From Zygnema circumcarinatum SAG 698-1b (taxonomy: Eukaryota; Plantae; Zygnematophyceae), in assembly GCA_037447605.1 (NCBI GenBank), contig CM074815.1, positions 1,054,001-1,118,000 of the forward strand: a stretch of 64,000 bases of DNA. The letters are read 5' to 3'. Of this stretch, positions 36,901-48,630 are shown in pieces (the first letter of the stretch is position 1; the number at the start of each line of letters is the position of its first letter). The notes beneath the pieces were generated by a model. That model did no database searches. It was not told where the DNA came from and worked only from the letters and a program-made list of their open reading frames with translations. Both the position numbers and the translations under genes were made by a program.

Positions 36901-39161
36901 CTACTTACAACTCAGAGCTGAGACCCCACCCAACCTCTTCCCAACCTTTCCTTCCACTACTGTCGATAAAAAGGCATCCATCCCCCCCCTCCCCTCTGCC
37001 TGCTGGTTTGCGCCGTGCAGCTACCGTCAGACTGTCTTCCCTCAGACGATGCCGCCTCCTCCTCCTCCTCCTCCTCCTCCTCCTCCTCCTCCTTCTTCCT
37101 AGAGGTGGAGTCCCGCCGGCGGCGCATGCAGCGGTGCATGGAGGCGGCGGACGGGCACCTCCGCGGGCCGACCTTCGCCACGCTCCGCCTCGCGCCGCTC
37201 ACCTACAAAGGGGCCGCGGGGGAGCCCCTGCACTGGAAGGTGCTGGCCTGGGCTTTGTCGAACTATGTACGCAGGATGTATGTATGTATGTATGTATGTA
37301 CGCATTTTGTAGCACTTTCATGAAGGGAGGAAGTGTTAAGGATTCAGTTTCGGTGTTCTCTATAGTTAGCTTCGAGCTAGGATGGCTGTAACTCCTGAAC
37401 CCGAAACCTTGAAACCCTAAACCCTCAATCCTGAACCCTGAACCCCACACCCTGTATTCTAAACTTTACACCCTGAACCCTAAACCCTGGACTCTAAGCC
37501 TTAACCCCGAATCCTAAACAGTGAACCCCAAACACTCAATCCTGTAAACTTTAAACCCTGAACCCTGAACCCTTAACCCTAAACCATCAAACCCCGAGCC
37601 CTAAACCTTGTAACCGAAACCCGAAACCTAAACCCTAAACCCTGCCCCCCCCCCCCCCCAGGCCGTCCCCCCTGGCAGCCTCGCGTGGCGGCGCGGCCTG
37701 CGGTCCCTGGGCCACGCGCTGCGGTGCGGGCCGAGGGCGGAGTGGTGGGCGGGGGCGCTGCGGCACCCCCCGCGCTGGGAGGGCCACCCGCACACGGCCA
37801 ACCTGCCGCCCGCCCTCTCCCCCAACCCGGTGTTCCCGCACGCCATGCTGGTGGAGGCCGTCGTGGAACGCATCGTGGAGCTCATGCGGCCGAATGTAGC
37901 AGGTACTGTCTGTCTATCTATCTTCACAGTCTATTGGAAAGTGGGGAAAACACAGTGGGAGCAATAAACTTTAAACCACCACTTTTTTCTACTCCTGTTT
38001 CTGTGGAGAATCGCCATCTCTTCTCGCGTTAGCTTGTTCTGATGCACGCATTCTCAAACGTGCATGGCAGCATCTCCCGAGCAGAGCGAGACGGCGGTTG
38101 AAGCAGGACGGTGGCAGGAGTGGCTGACCTTCGCGGACATGTTCTACTACGCGGTGCGCCTCGGGCTGCTCGACTTTCAGGACCTCGTCGACGCGCTCGC
38201 GGAGCGGTTCAGGGCGGAGGGCCGCCCGCGGTCCAACCACGTCACGTGGCTACTCGCACAGGTCTCAAGGGCTGAGGCCACAGCCATGGCGCTGCAGAAC
38301 GGATCGCCGCAGAGGGTGGGTGGGTGGGCACCTGCCGTTTGGAAGCACGCTTGAGTGTATGGCTCAATGGAGGGGGAGAGGGGGAGAGGGGGAGAGAGGG
38401 AGAGGGGGCGAGGGGGGAGGGGGAGGAGGAGGGGAGGGGGAGGAGGGGAGGGGGGAGGGGGGAGGAGGGGTAGGGGGGCGAGGGGGGGCGAGGGGGGGCG
38501 AGGGGGGGAAGGTGTGGGAGGGGGGGAAGGGGGGGAGGGTTGGCGAGGGGGGGCGAGGGGGGGCGAGGGGAGAGGAGGGAGAGAGGGAGAAAGAGAGAGG
38601 GTGGGGAGGGACGAGGGAAGGGGGAAGGGGAAGGGGAGGGGGGGGGGTTGTGTGGGAAACCGGGGGATGGAGGAGGGGGGTGGGGGAAGGGGGTGAAGGG
38701 ATAAGTGAAGGGAGGATATGGGAAGCAGGATGTGATGGAGGATGCGAGAGCAGATGGATTGAGGGAGGGGGGAGGGTGTCTGCTGTGACTGTTTTTTTAT
38801 GTACTACATCAGAACTAAACACATGGAGAGAAGGCTGAGATTCCCAATGTTGGGTGTGTTGCAATGTGCAGCTGCAGAGCACCTTGCAGAAGATCCTTTG
38901 GTTCCATACAGAGAGTCGGGGAGAGGAGGGGCAGCCCCCCTCTGCATGGAATCTCCTTTTGGAGTTCATGGGCAGCTGCCAGATTCTCCGCCTTTGGAGT
39001 CTGAACAAGCGGCTGTTGGAGGAGCAGGTGGGAGTGAACGACTACAACGTCAAGAGCAAGCAGCTCAACGAGTGGTGGCAGACCACTGTCAAAGGTGGCT
39101 GCCTACCCACGTAGAGTGGATAGGAGAGAGGGTGGGAAAGAGGGGAGAGAGCGAGAGAGAG

Positions 39162-39197
<36 letters not shown>

Positions 39198-42100
39198 AGA
39201 GAGGGTACATGGGGAGTATGCTGCAGCATCTGCTACCGTTGTTGGGTGAAACCCAAGAGATGTAATTGCATAGTTGAGAGAGGCTGGTGGTTGGTGGTTG
39301 CAGAGCGCGGATTGGACTATAGCAGTTTGGATGAGAAGACGATGGGAATGGTGTGGGTGCTCTCCCACACCATCAGTCAGCCCGTGTGTGAAACGGTTCT
39401 CTCTTGGATGCGCTCACAGGTGAGGGAGAGGTTTGAGGTGGCAGAAATAGACCTGACCCGTGGCTCACCATTGGAATTCGACACTCCTAAAAGGAGTCAC
39501 TTGTAAGTGCCTTAGAATTTGTTTTTTATGGAGTGATGGAGGAGAGTGGGTTTATACTATGGCAGGGTACAGAAGAGATATCAGTGGGACAACCTCCAGT
39601 GAAGATGCTCCGTTTGCGGGAGACGAAACCACTACCAATGAACTTTTTGGCAGGACTCTCCTTCCAAGTGGCTCAGCGCCTTGTTGCCAGCATTGAGGAT
39701 ATCATTGCCATGGAGAAGGTCAGACTACCATGCTCTCAAAGCCAATATCTCCCTCGCGTGTGACAAAAAAACGCTCACAAAAAACGTGCACATGAAACTC
39801 TCCGAAAGCGGCATGATGGTAAAAGACGGTAAAATCATGAGGGTAAACGAACGTAGGAGCCCCTGAAACGCAGGGAAAGAGTAGAAAAGCATAGGAGATT
39901 CTGGTGAGTTCTGAGACATAGGAGGAGCAGGAGGTTGGATGATGTGCAGGTGATCCCCAGTGCATGCATGGTGGAAACCTATGCTCGCCTCATGCTGGTC
40001 GCCCCCCATGTCATGCACAGTCAGCAGACACTGCACCCGCCGGCCCATGCAGCTCTCAACAGTGCGAGACCTCCTCTCCTGCAGGTGAACTGAACGGAAC
40101 GGAACTAAACTGTCTGATTAACTGTCGAAACTAGGAAATTAGACAAACTGGATAGTGAGGAAATTGAACGAGAAGCTAGGGAAAACTACAACGTAAGAAA
40201 GTGAACTAGAAAGTAGGACCAAACTAGGACCGAACTAGGAAAGGAAAGAAACAAAACTTGCTGCTCCTGCTGCTCTCTTATTTCGATCAGTTAGGGCCTT
40301 AGCCCATAGATGGATGTGGAATTTGCCTCATGCGTCTGCTTGCGTGGAAATAGTAGGGGGCTGATAAACAAGAAGGGGGAAGCTGCAGAATTTTTTGCAG
40401 GGCTATGAGCCCCGCCAGTCTCGGAGCGGAGTACCGCTTTTGCTTCTCGAGCTGATCAACTATCGCCTTCTCCCCTTCTTCAGGTGAAGGCCGCTAGTAG
40501 CTGCTGTTCTGTGTGCCTTTCTATGTGAACTGAATACCTTTCTGCTATCCTTGCCGTACTATTCGAGAAATACTACCACGTGTGGGGGAGTCTTTCCTTC
40601 AATCGGGATGCAGTCCTTTGTTCATGAGTGGCAGTTCCCAATTTGAAAATTTCCTATGGCGATGGAGAGAGGGAGGGCAGATATCAGGGAAAGATTCGAG
40701 GACTCATTTTGGACTTAGCGAAGATTTTGATCACAGTAAAGAAGGAGCGTGGAGAGCATCGGCTCTACCGATTGGCTGAAAACACAGCCATCAATCTCAT
40801 CCTCTCTCTGCAGGAGGTGATGCTGGTGAAGCTGGAAGGGAAGGTGATCACTCCTCCCTTTTTCTCAATTTGCCCTCCCTTTCCACACTATCTTTCCTAT
40901 GTTCTCATCCACTCTCCCTCCTTCCTTAACTACTTCTCTCGTTTCTGCTCTGCTTTGGCCATTTAGTGTTCCACCTCGGCTTATTTTTAGGTTTCACCTC
41001 GTCTGTCAGAGAGAGAGAAAGAGATTGATTAATTTAGGGTTTATGGTGGAGAGTGTCTGCAGGGTGTCTGCACAGACCTCTCCGAAACTCTGAACCGAGT
41101 GATGGTGATGAATCTGGCTGTTACGATAAAGACAAGAGGGATACATGAGTACGAGCAGTACGCCATAGTGCATGCAGCCATGGAGCAGATTTTGGGGTCA
41201 AGCTCACACCGCTGGTCTGAAAAAACCCTCCGCCATTTCCCCCAAATACTTAGAGACATTTTGGCGAACAGGCCGGACAGGAAGAGCCAAGTCCTCGCCA
41301 GGTGGCAGCAGGTGGGAAAATCCCACTAACACATGGTCTTGAATGTGAAATTCCACACCTATATTTGGACTGCCCCCTCTCTTTCTTCTTTCGGTTTTTT
41401 CAAAAGAGCTTTTTGGGTTTTATCAAAAGGAGCTTTTTTTGTTTTTTCTAATGAACTTCTTTATTTTTCTCGAAAGAACTTTCGTGGGTTTTTCCAAACG
41501 AACATTTTGAAGAGGGCTTAGAGCCTTTCCGGAGTATATGTGCAGGTGGAGGCAGCGATGGTCCAGCAAGTGAACCACCTTCTTTTGCAGAACCGCTCCT
41601 ACTGCAGTTCATTTGCTGCCTCTCTGCCCTCTGAGCAGCGACCCTTCCTTTGCGCCGCCGCATGGATGCTGGTCTCCTCCCATCAGCCCAATACGCTCGA
41701 TCTGACTAACCTGGTCAGCTCCCTTTCTGACGGAATTTTTTGATAAATATACAGTCACCACATACATATGCCGTGTTTCAAGAGTGATGTATCATGTCTT
41801 CATTTAGCTTCCTTGAGATTTTCTGGACAGATTTCTGATCTTTTCGGGTCCTTTTTCCCTGCTGCAGAGTTTGGTTATGCAAGATTTCTCCCCCGAGGAA
41901 GTAACCCAGAATGCCTACGCGTTAGTCGACGTTCTCCTTCATAATGTGCAGGTACATCCTCAAACACACTCCCACCCTGCTTCAGATGTGGGAGCTCATT
42001 CCGAGACTCGGTTCTGACTACTGGAGGGAGTTGTGGCTGTATCCTCTTTCCTCTTCTTAATCTTCAGCAATTGATTGGTTATAGCTTCCCTATATACTCC

Positions 42101-45100
42101 CTACATAGGCTCCTTCTAGGCTCCGGACTCCCATAGACTCCTTATAGCCTCCCTATGTAAGCTCTCGATAGCCTCCCTATAAGCTTCTTCAATAGCCTCC
42201 CTACAGGCTCCCTATACACACTTCTTAACTAGGCTTCTTTTAGGTTCCTTCTAGGCTCCCTATTGGCTCCTTGCTTCCCTTACACCCCCCCCCTCCCTCC
42301 NNNNNNNNNNCCCTCCCTCCCTCCCTCCCTCCCTCCCTCTCCCTCTCGTGCAGGTGCAGGTGGAGAGCAAGGCCGCCCTGGGCGCCCTGCTGGTCGCTGC
42401 CACGCAGGGCCTGACCGCCTTCGTGTGGGGGCCCGAGGCGCTGCCCTTCGACATCGTCATGCTCGCACTCATCGACCGCGACGACACGCCCTCCTTCAGC
42501 CTGCGAGTCGTGGTCAGTTGCTTCAATGTGGAAATCCCACCTCTGTTTGCGTTTATTAAGAGAGGGGAGGTGCATTATACAGCGGTCAGTGCTTGTATGG
42601 ATGGATGCATGCTTGCATGGATGGGTGGATGAATGCGTGGGTGGATGCATCGTTTTGTATTCGTGCATGAATAGAGATGTAAAGATATGGGTGCCTGGAT
42701 GATGGACGGATGCACGCATCATGAATAACGCTGGACAGATAAACGTCTAGACGAATGAACGAACGAACGTATGGATGACTCACCTTATAGAAACACAACA
42801 TAAACATCACCCATCAACAACCCAACCCCTAAACCAATCCCTTCCTTTGCCTGCTGCTTGCCTGCCTTCTTTCCTGCCTGCTTCCCTGCCTGCCTGCTTC
42901 CCTCCAGGTAGGTCTGGTTTTGGACCGGGTGGAGGTTCGGCAGCGCGCACAGCCGTACTGCGCTGCGAGGGGGCAGCAGCGGTCCGCGGAGCATTGGGCT
43001 GCGCCCGTACCCGCCCCCGCGCCGGAGGGCGCACAGGCGCTGGGCCCACACCTCGCGGGCCGGGACGGGTGGGCGCACACCCGAGACACGTTTGGAAGGG
43101 GGGGCAAGCAAGAACAAGGAAGGGGGTCTAAGGGGCAGTGGGATAGTGGGGGATAGAAGGGCTGTAATCGAAGGAAACTGTTTAGTTAGTGGGTTTTGTG
43201 GGTTCAATTGTGGGGTTTGATATGGGGAGTTTTGGGAGTTAAGTGAGTTGAGAGGTTATGTTTGATGGAAGCTTGTTATGGTAATGGTGAAGATTTTTGT
43301 AACTTTTTTCAAAATTGTGAATAGTCATGTTGGCTGTGAACCTGGACTCTTAACGGAGTAAAAGGCATTCTTCTAATGAGGACATTTTTCTGTTTTTTTT
43401 TTGTTTTTTTTTTTTGCAGATATCCCATATTCTTCGACCATTTCTGCCTTCGAATCATCCCCCTCCTTCAGATATTTGTGCACAGACTAATTGAACACGA
43501 AGCCATGGAAACAGCTGATCGCCTTCTTGCCTTGTACTGCACTGCCCCCTACCATGTGATTGTCTACCACCCCCTGCCGTTCTCCTTTGTTCGAGACACC
43601 CTCGCATACTTCTATCCGGTGCTTCCCCCCAAGCTCGTGATTCGCTTGCTCAGCACTCTCGATCTCTCCAAGGTTTGCATCTACCTCTCCCACCATCTCT
43701 CTCCCTCTCCGTTGCTTCCCACCCATATTCATTTCAGAAACAGAGTCTTCATCGAGCTTGGTGTTTTGTATATTTTGCAATGCTTACGAATAATCCTGCG
43801 ACTTTATGGCTGCTGGGTGTTTGCTCTAAGTGGCTACTAGTCCGCAAGCTTGAAACCGAAATTCTGTTCAGTTTGTATATCCACATTGCTCACGGAGAGG
43901 ACCCTTCCCTTCCTCTCTTACGCAGATTCCGTTCTCTATCTCATTTCTCAGCCATATGGGCAGTCCTGGCAAGCTTCCTGGGGCCGACTACTTCTTCAGT
44001 CTCCTTACCACTCTCGCACTGCAAGTCATCCCCCCTCTCTCTCCCCCCTCCCGCTCCTCTATGACCTCTCCCGAGAGCCCTCCCTCTGAGCCTGATGCTG
44101 CAAGCCCTTCTCCGAGCCCTCTGGGAGTTAGCAAACCGTTCTGTGAACACATGGACACTGCTCCCTATGTCCACCTTCTCCTAGAAACCGCTGCGGTAGA
44201 ACTCCTCTCCCTCCCTCTCCCTCTCGTCGACGGAGTGAAGACTACCGTCCCCTACCAAGTCGTAAAAATGCTCCTCGCAGCAGCAACGCTTGTACCTTCT
44301 CCGAATCACATACATTCCAGCAGTTCTGCTCCCTCTCCCACTATTCCTCCCTCTTCCTCTCCCACCCCTGGAAGTGCAGGAACAGCCGCAGCAGCGGCCC
44401 TTTTTGCGGACCTACCACCACCTACCGCTCCCTCCGGGGGGGGTTCAGGAAGGAAGAGTGCTCCCTCTCCCCCACTAATGGCACAGGCTTGTGGAGTGCT
44501 GCTAGCACAGCTTCCCACCCCCTTCCATACAGCCCTATATGCTGAGGCTGCAAAAGTTTTCCTGGCCTGCCCGTGGCTGGTAGACCCCAACCGCAGCAAG
44601 GAAGAGGCAGCGCTGCTGTGGGAGCGAGTGGTAGTAGATCCGACTTGGGCAGCAGGAAATGACATGTGCTCAGAGATAGGTAATACCCTCTCTGCAATAT
44701 GGGGACGAGAGGTAGCTCAGTTTCACTAGATTTGAGGCTATAATGTACCCGAGAGATCAACTTCTTGTGTATGATTACATGGGGATGGTGCAGGAAATCT
44801 GATTGCACTGCTCCATGCCGCCATGGCTGCTCTTCCCTTTGAGTGGCTGGAGGGAGCGCTCGCAATAGTGACAGCCCAGAGGCCTCTCCGTACGGCCGTA
44901 CAGCTCCGGCTGTGCTTCCACCTGCTGGGGCCCCTGGTTCCGCGCACAGCGGTTTACCGGCCCCTCTTTGTGAAGGCAAGCTGCCACTTTCTGACCCTCT
45001 GTACTAGCAAATCAGCAGAATTTATTTGCTAGATGTGATGGATGTGGTGAGGTAACGGTGAACATTGCAAACATGCGACATTCACTCATTAGTGTGCGAA

Positions 45101-45669
45101 AAGTTTTGGCTCATAGGATGTGTTTTATGGTCCCGTTGAGAGGCTCATGCAGGAAGGACCTGGAATTTGTCCACAATGGTTTTGTTCGATGTATTGACAT
45201 GAGATGCTGCACGTGGCTGCAGACTCTCTCTCTTCTCTTTTCGGCTCTCGCTGATGTGTTTGGAGTGGATTCCGACGCAGCGATTACTGGACCAGCCACG
45301 CTCATCTCAGACCTTGTCGACTTCATGTGAGCATCTCCTCATCGCCCTCAAATCGACCAAACAGACCAAACCAAGAGTGAATAGACTTTGACTCTGACTG
45401 ACTCTCCAGTTTGCGGTTAACCTCTCTAATCAAAAGCATTATTGGCATTATTATCCCTCCCCTCCTCCCCCTCTTGCAGGCACCATGCAGTGATGTTGGA
45501 GGCAGGCCCGGGCAGTAGTCGGCCGAGGGCAGAAACTCTCCTTGCGTGTTCTGAGGGAGCGGGTCGCCTCCGCCCCGACCTGCGCCTCTTGCTGCGCCAC
45601 CTCACCGCTGACCCCCACGTGTCCCTCTACGCGGCGAGCAGCGCCCGGCCGGGGAAGACCCCCTCGTAG
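33994..45669 (+). CDS. MED23: Mediator of RNA polymerase II transcription subunit 23, many exons
   Basis: Exons match recalled plant MED23 motifs: LLQRYLG, WQEWLTFADMFYY, RSNHVTWLLAQ, FSPEEVTQNAYALVDVLLH, PFDIVMLALIDRDD, YHPLPFSFVRDTLAYFY, LLAQLPTPFH, AALPFEWLEG, TLSLLFSALADVFG, HHAVMLEA...LRPDLRLLLRHL. The start codon assignment is less certain. Confidence 0.9.
37395..37644. repeat. Degenerate interstitial telomere-like array (CCCTAAA / CCCTGAA variants) in a MED23 intron
   Basis: About 30 degenerate AAACCCT-type heptamers ending AAACCCTAAACCCT just before the intron acceptor. Confidence 0.85.
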
Positions 45670-45705
45670 TGGGCGACCGCTGGGGGGGGGCGCGTGGCAG
45701 ATGGG

Positions 45706-45771
45706 GGGTTCAGGGTTTTAGGGTTTTAGGGTTTGAGGGTTTGAGGATTTGAGGATTTGAGGGTTTGAGGG
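45706..45771. repeat. Degenerate telomere-like array, G-strand (TTTAGGG / TTTGAGG variants)
   Basis: GGGTTCAGGGTTTTAGGGTTTTAGGGTTTGAGGG... about 37 bp after the MED23 stop codon. Confidence 0.8.
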
Positions 45772-46479
45772 CTTTTCACGATGAGGCGTTGCTCTCATGC
45801 ATGCGAGTGTTGAATAAGCTGTGTTCTATATTTGCGGGAGTGGAAGTAGGTAGCTGTTCAAAGGTAGACAGTTTTGGGAAAGGAAAGGAGAGTAGTCGTA
45901 GAGATATGGCAGGCGATCATCATCCCAAGGATGGCGGCCGGCTTGCTCACTTTTTTTGCATGTAACTGTGTGTTCGGATTTCGAAAGCCAAAAAGTCAGT
46001 AAGCCGATTTTTTTTTTTTTTTTTTAAGCACTGCACAACGCGCCACTTTCGTTAGGGCAGGTCAGTCATGGCCAAACATGTCCAAATCGATATCGTACGC
46101 TTGCCGGACGTACTGTATTTCGCATTGGCTAGGTACAGTACGCATTTCGATACGGCTGGATTAGGCGGAGCCGCGGATCCCGACCCGAAATTCGTACACG
46201 AAAAAATGCCTTTTCGTAATACTGAATTCGGGAATTTCGAACGCTCCGCGCTAAGTCTGACCCCCCCTCCCCCTATTCGATCGGATCTAACGGGATGGCG
46301 TGGGTCGCACACGGTTCCCATGTATCGTATCGTATCGTCAATCAAATGAGCGTAATTTTGAAGTTGACAAGTGTGCCGTACACTGCGGTTGCCGGCCAGT
46401 AACTGTGACGGCCGTCCTCGTACGCGGCCACCCCCCCGTCCTCCGCCAATCGGAAGGTGCGACATTGCGACGGGACAAA

Positions 46480-46830
46480 ACAGAACAACGATTGCTAATG
46501 GTTCCAACCATACCATTGCCTGCGGTACGGTTGCAACCATTGGCAATGGTTTTCAATGTTGCCAACCAAACCATTGCCGCCGGCCCGAAACAACGATCGC
46601 CAACGGTTGGCAACCTTGGAATTGAAGGGCCGGTTGCCAACCATTGGCGATCGTTGTTTAGGGCCGGCGGCAATGGTTTGGTTGCCAATTGAAAACCATT
46701 GCCAATGGTTGCAACCATTGAATTCCAAGGGTTGCCAACGGGATTGCGATTGGGATTGCGACGGGACCGAAACAACCATTGCCACTGGTTCCAACCATTG
46801 CCGCCGGTCCCAAACAACCATTGCCGAAAG
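46480..46830. repeat. CAACCATTG/CAATGGTTG palindromic array containing a foldback (46531-46714, ~83-bp arms, 16-nt loop)
   Basis: 46531-46615 is a near-perfect reverse complement of 46632-46714. Confidence 0.9.
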
Positions 46831-46899
46831 GAGGCGTCCGATGTTCTTGCCTCGAAAGGGAAAAAGAAAAAAAATATTAAATGTTAACACGGTAGATGT

Positions 46900-47016
46900 G
46901 TTGCGATCATACCTGGGCTACTACGCCGGATTCCATCAGAATTCCGCAGCTAAGTGCCTGTGGGCCGGAATAGTCCTGGGATGGGTGACCTCCCGGGAAG
47001 TCCCGGTGTCGCACCC
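46900..47016 (+). rRNA. 5S rRNA-derived copy D (probable pseudogene)
   Basis: Full-length 5S pattern with several changes versus the in-window consensus (GGATTCC, AGAATTCC, TAAGTGCC, TAGTCCT, 5' GTTGCG). Followed by TTTT tracts. Confidence 0.85.
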
Positions 47017-47244
47017 ACACCTTTTACTCTTTTCTTTCATTTTTGGAAATGGTCAAACATCGACATCGATGGTGTGACCAATAATGTTGACATGAAGTGG
47101 AAACTTTCATTGAACTCGCGATGGCGAGGCCATCAAATGTACACATGGACATGAACAATGTTGACATTGTTCTTGAGGTGTTCTTGGCTGACGTCACAAG
47201 GTGACGCCTTGGCGGACTGCTTGTCTCGGCAAGCCGGTCCGGAA

Positions 47245-48362
47245 CAGCAATTGCCAATGGTTGGAACCATCGCCGCCCGACCGACACAACCATTGCCTAC
47301 GGTTGCAACCATTGGCAATGGTTTTCAATGTTGCCAACCATTGCCGCCCGCCGGCCCTTGAATTCCAATATTGCCAACCNNNNNNNNNNGGTTGCCAACG
47401 GGATTGCGATTGGGATTGCGACGGGACCGAAACAACCATTGCCACTGGTTCCAACCATTGCCGCCGGTCCCAAACAACCATTGCCGAAAGGAGGCGTCCG
47501 ATGTTCTTGCCTCGAAAGGGAAAAAGAAAAAAAATATTAAATGTTAACACGGTAGATGTGTTGCGATCATACCTGGGCTACTACGCCGGATTCCATCAGA
47601 ATTCCGCAGCTAAGTGCCTGTGGGCCGGAATAGTCCTGGGATGGGTGACCTCCCGGGAAGTCCCGGTGTCGCACCCACACCTTTTACTCTTTTCTTTCAT
47701 TTTTGGAAATGGTCAAACATCGACATCGATGGTGTGACCAATAATGTTGACATGAAGTGGAAACTTTCATTGAACTCGCGATGGCGAGGCCATCAAATGT
47801 ACACATGGACATGAACAATGTTGACATTGTTCTTGAGGTGTTCTTGGCTGACGTCACAAGGTGACGCCTTGGCGGACCGCTTGTCTCGGCAAGCCGGTCC
47901 GAAACAGCAATTGCCAAATGGTTGGAACCATCGCCGCCCGACCGACACAACCATTGCCATCGGACCGAAACAACCATTGCCTACGGTTGCAACCATTGGC
48001 AATGGTTTTCAATGTTGCCAACCGTTGCCGCCCGCCGGCCCTTGAATTCCAAGATTGCCAACCATTGGCAATAGTTGTTTAGGGCTGGCGGCAGTGGTTG
48101 GCAACGTTGAAAACCATGGCCCATCGTTGCAACCACTGCATTCCAAGGTCGCCAACCATTGCGACGGTACAAAACAAGACAACGATTGCCAATGGTTCCA
48201 ACCGTACCATTGCCTGCGGTACGGTTGCAACCATTGGCTATGGTTTTCAATTGGCAACCATTGCCGCCGGCCCTTCAATTCAAAGGTTGCCAACCATTGG
48301 CGATCGTTGTTTAGGGCCGGCGGCAATGGTTGCCAATTGAAAACCATTGCCAATGGTTGCAG
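47245..48362. repeat. CAACCATTG palindromic arrays flanking copy E, including a foldback at 48226-48361 (49-bp arms)
   Basis: TGCAACCATTGGCTATGGTTTTCAATTGGCAACCATTGCCGCCGGCCCT pairs with AGGGCCGGCGGCAATGGTTGCCAATTGAAAACCATTGCCAATGGTTGCA with one mismatch. An N-gap lies within the interval. Confidence 0.85.
47560..47676 (+). rRNA. 5S rRNA-derived copy E (appears identical to D)
   Basis: Same sequence as 46900-47016, with the same ~170-bp upstream flank. Confidence 0.82.
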
Positions 48363-48585
48363 AATCTCTAGGCGTGAAATATCGCGGGTGGGCGTGCGCT
48401 GATTGGCTCTTTCCGGGCGGACCTTGACCCGCCGCGACTGCGGCCGCCCTGCGCCGACTTTGCGGGCAGAACGAAAAACTGCTTCAGGACAATTCCCCCC
48501 TCGCGGGCCGTTCCACGACGACGCCGGTAAGGGCTACGGCCACTCACGCGCCGCCACGCCATCTGATCGGGCAGANNNNNNNNNN

Positions 48586-48630
48586 AGTCCTGGGATGGGT
48601 GACCTCCCGGGAAGTCCCGGTGTCGCACCC
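48586..48630 (+). rRNA. 5S rRNA-derived copy F, 3' part only (cut by assembly gap)
   Basis: AGTCCTGGGATGGGTGACCTCCCGGGAAGTCCCGGTGTCGCACCC directly after an N-run, with the same 3' flank as D and E. Confidence 0.8.

Noticed and set aside
38320-39008. Gly-rich and Pro-rich ORFs (also 49464-50396 and 57535-58231)
   Set aside because: Translations of low-complexity G/A or C/T tracts in introns or intergenic DNA.
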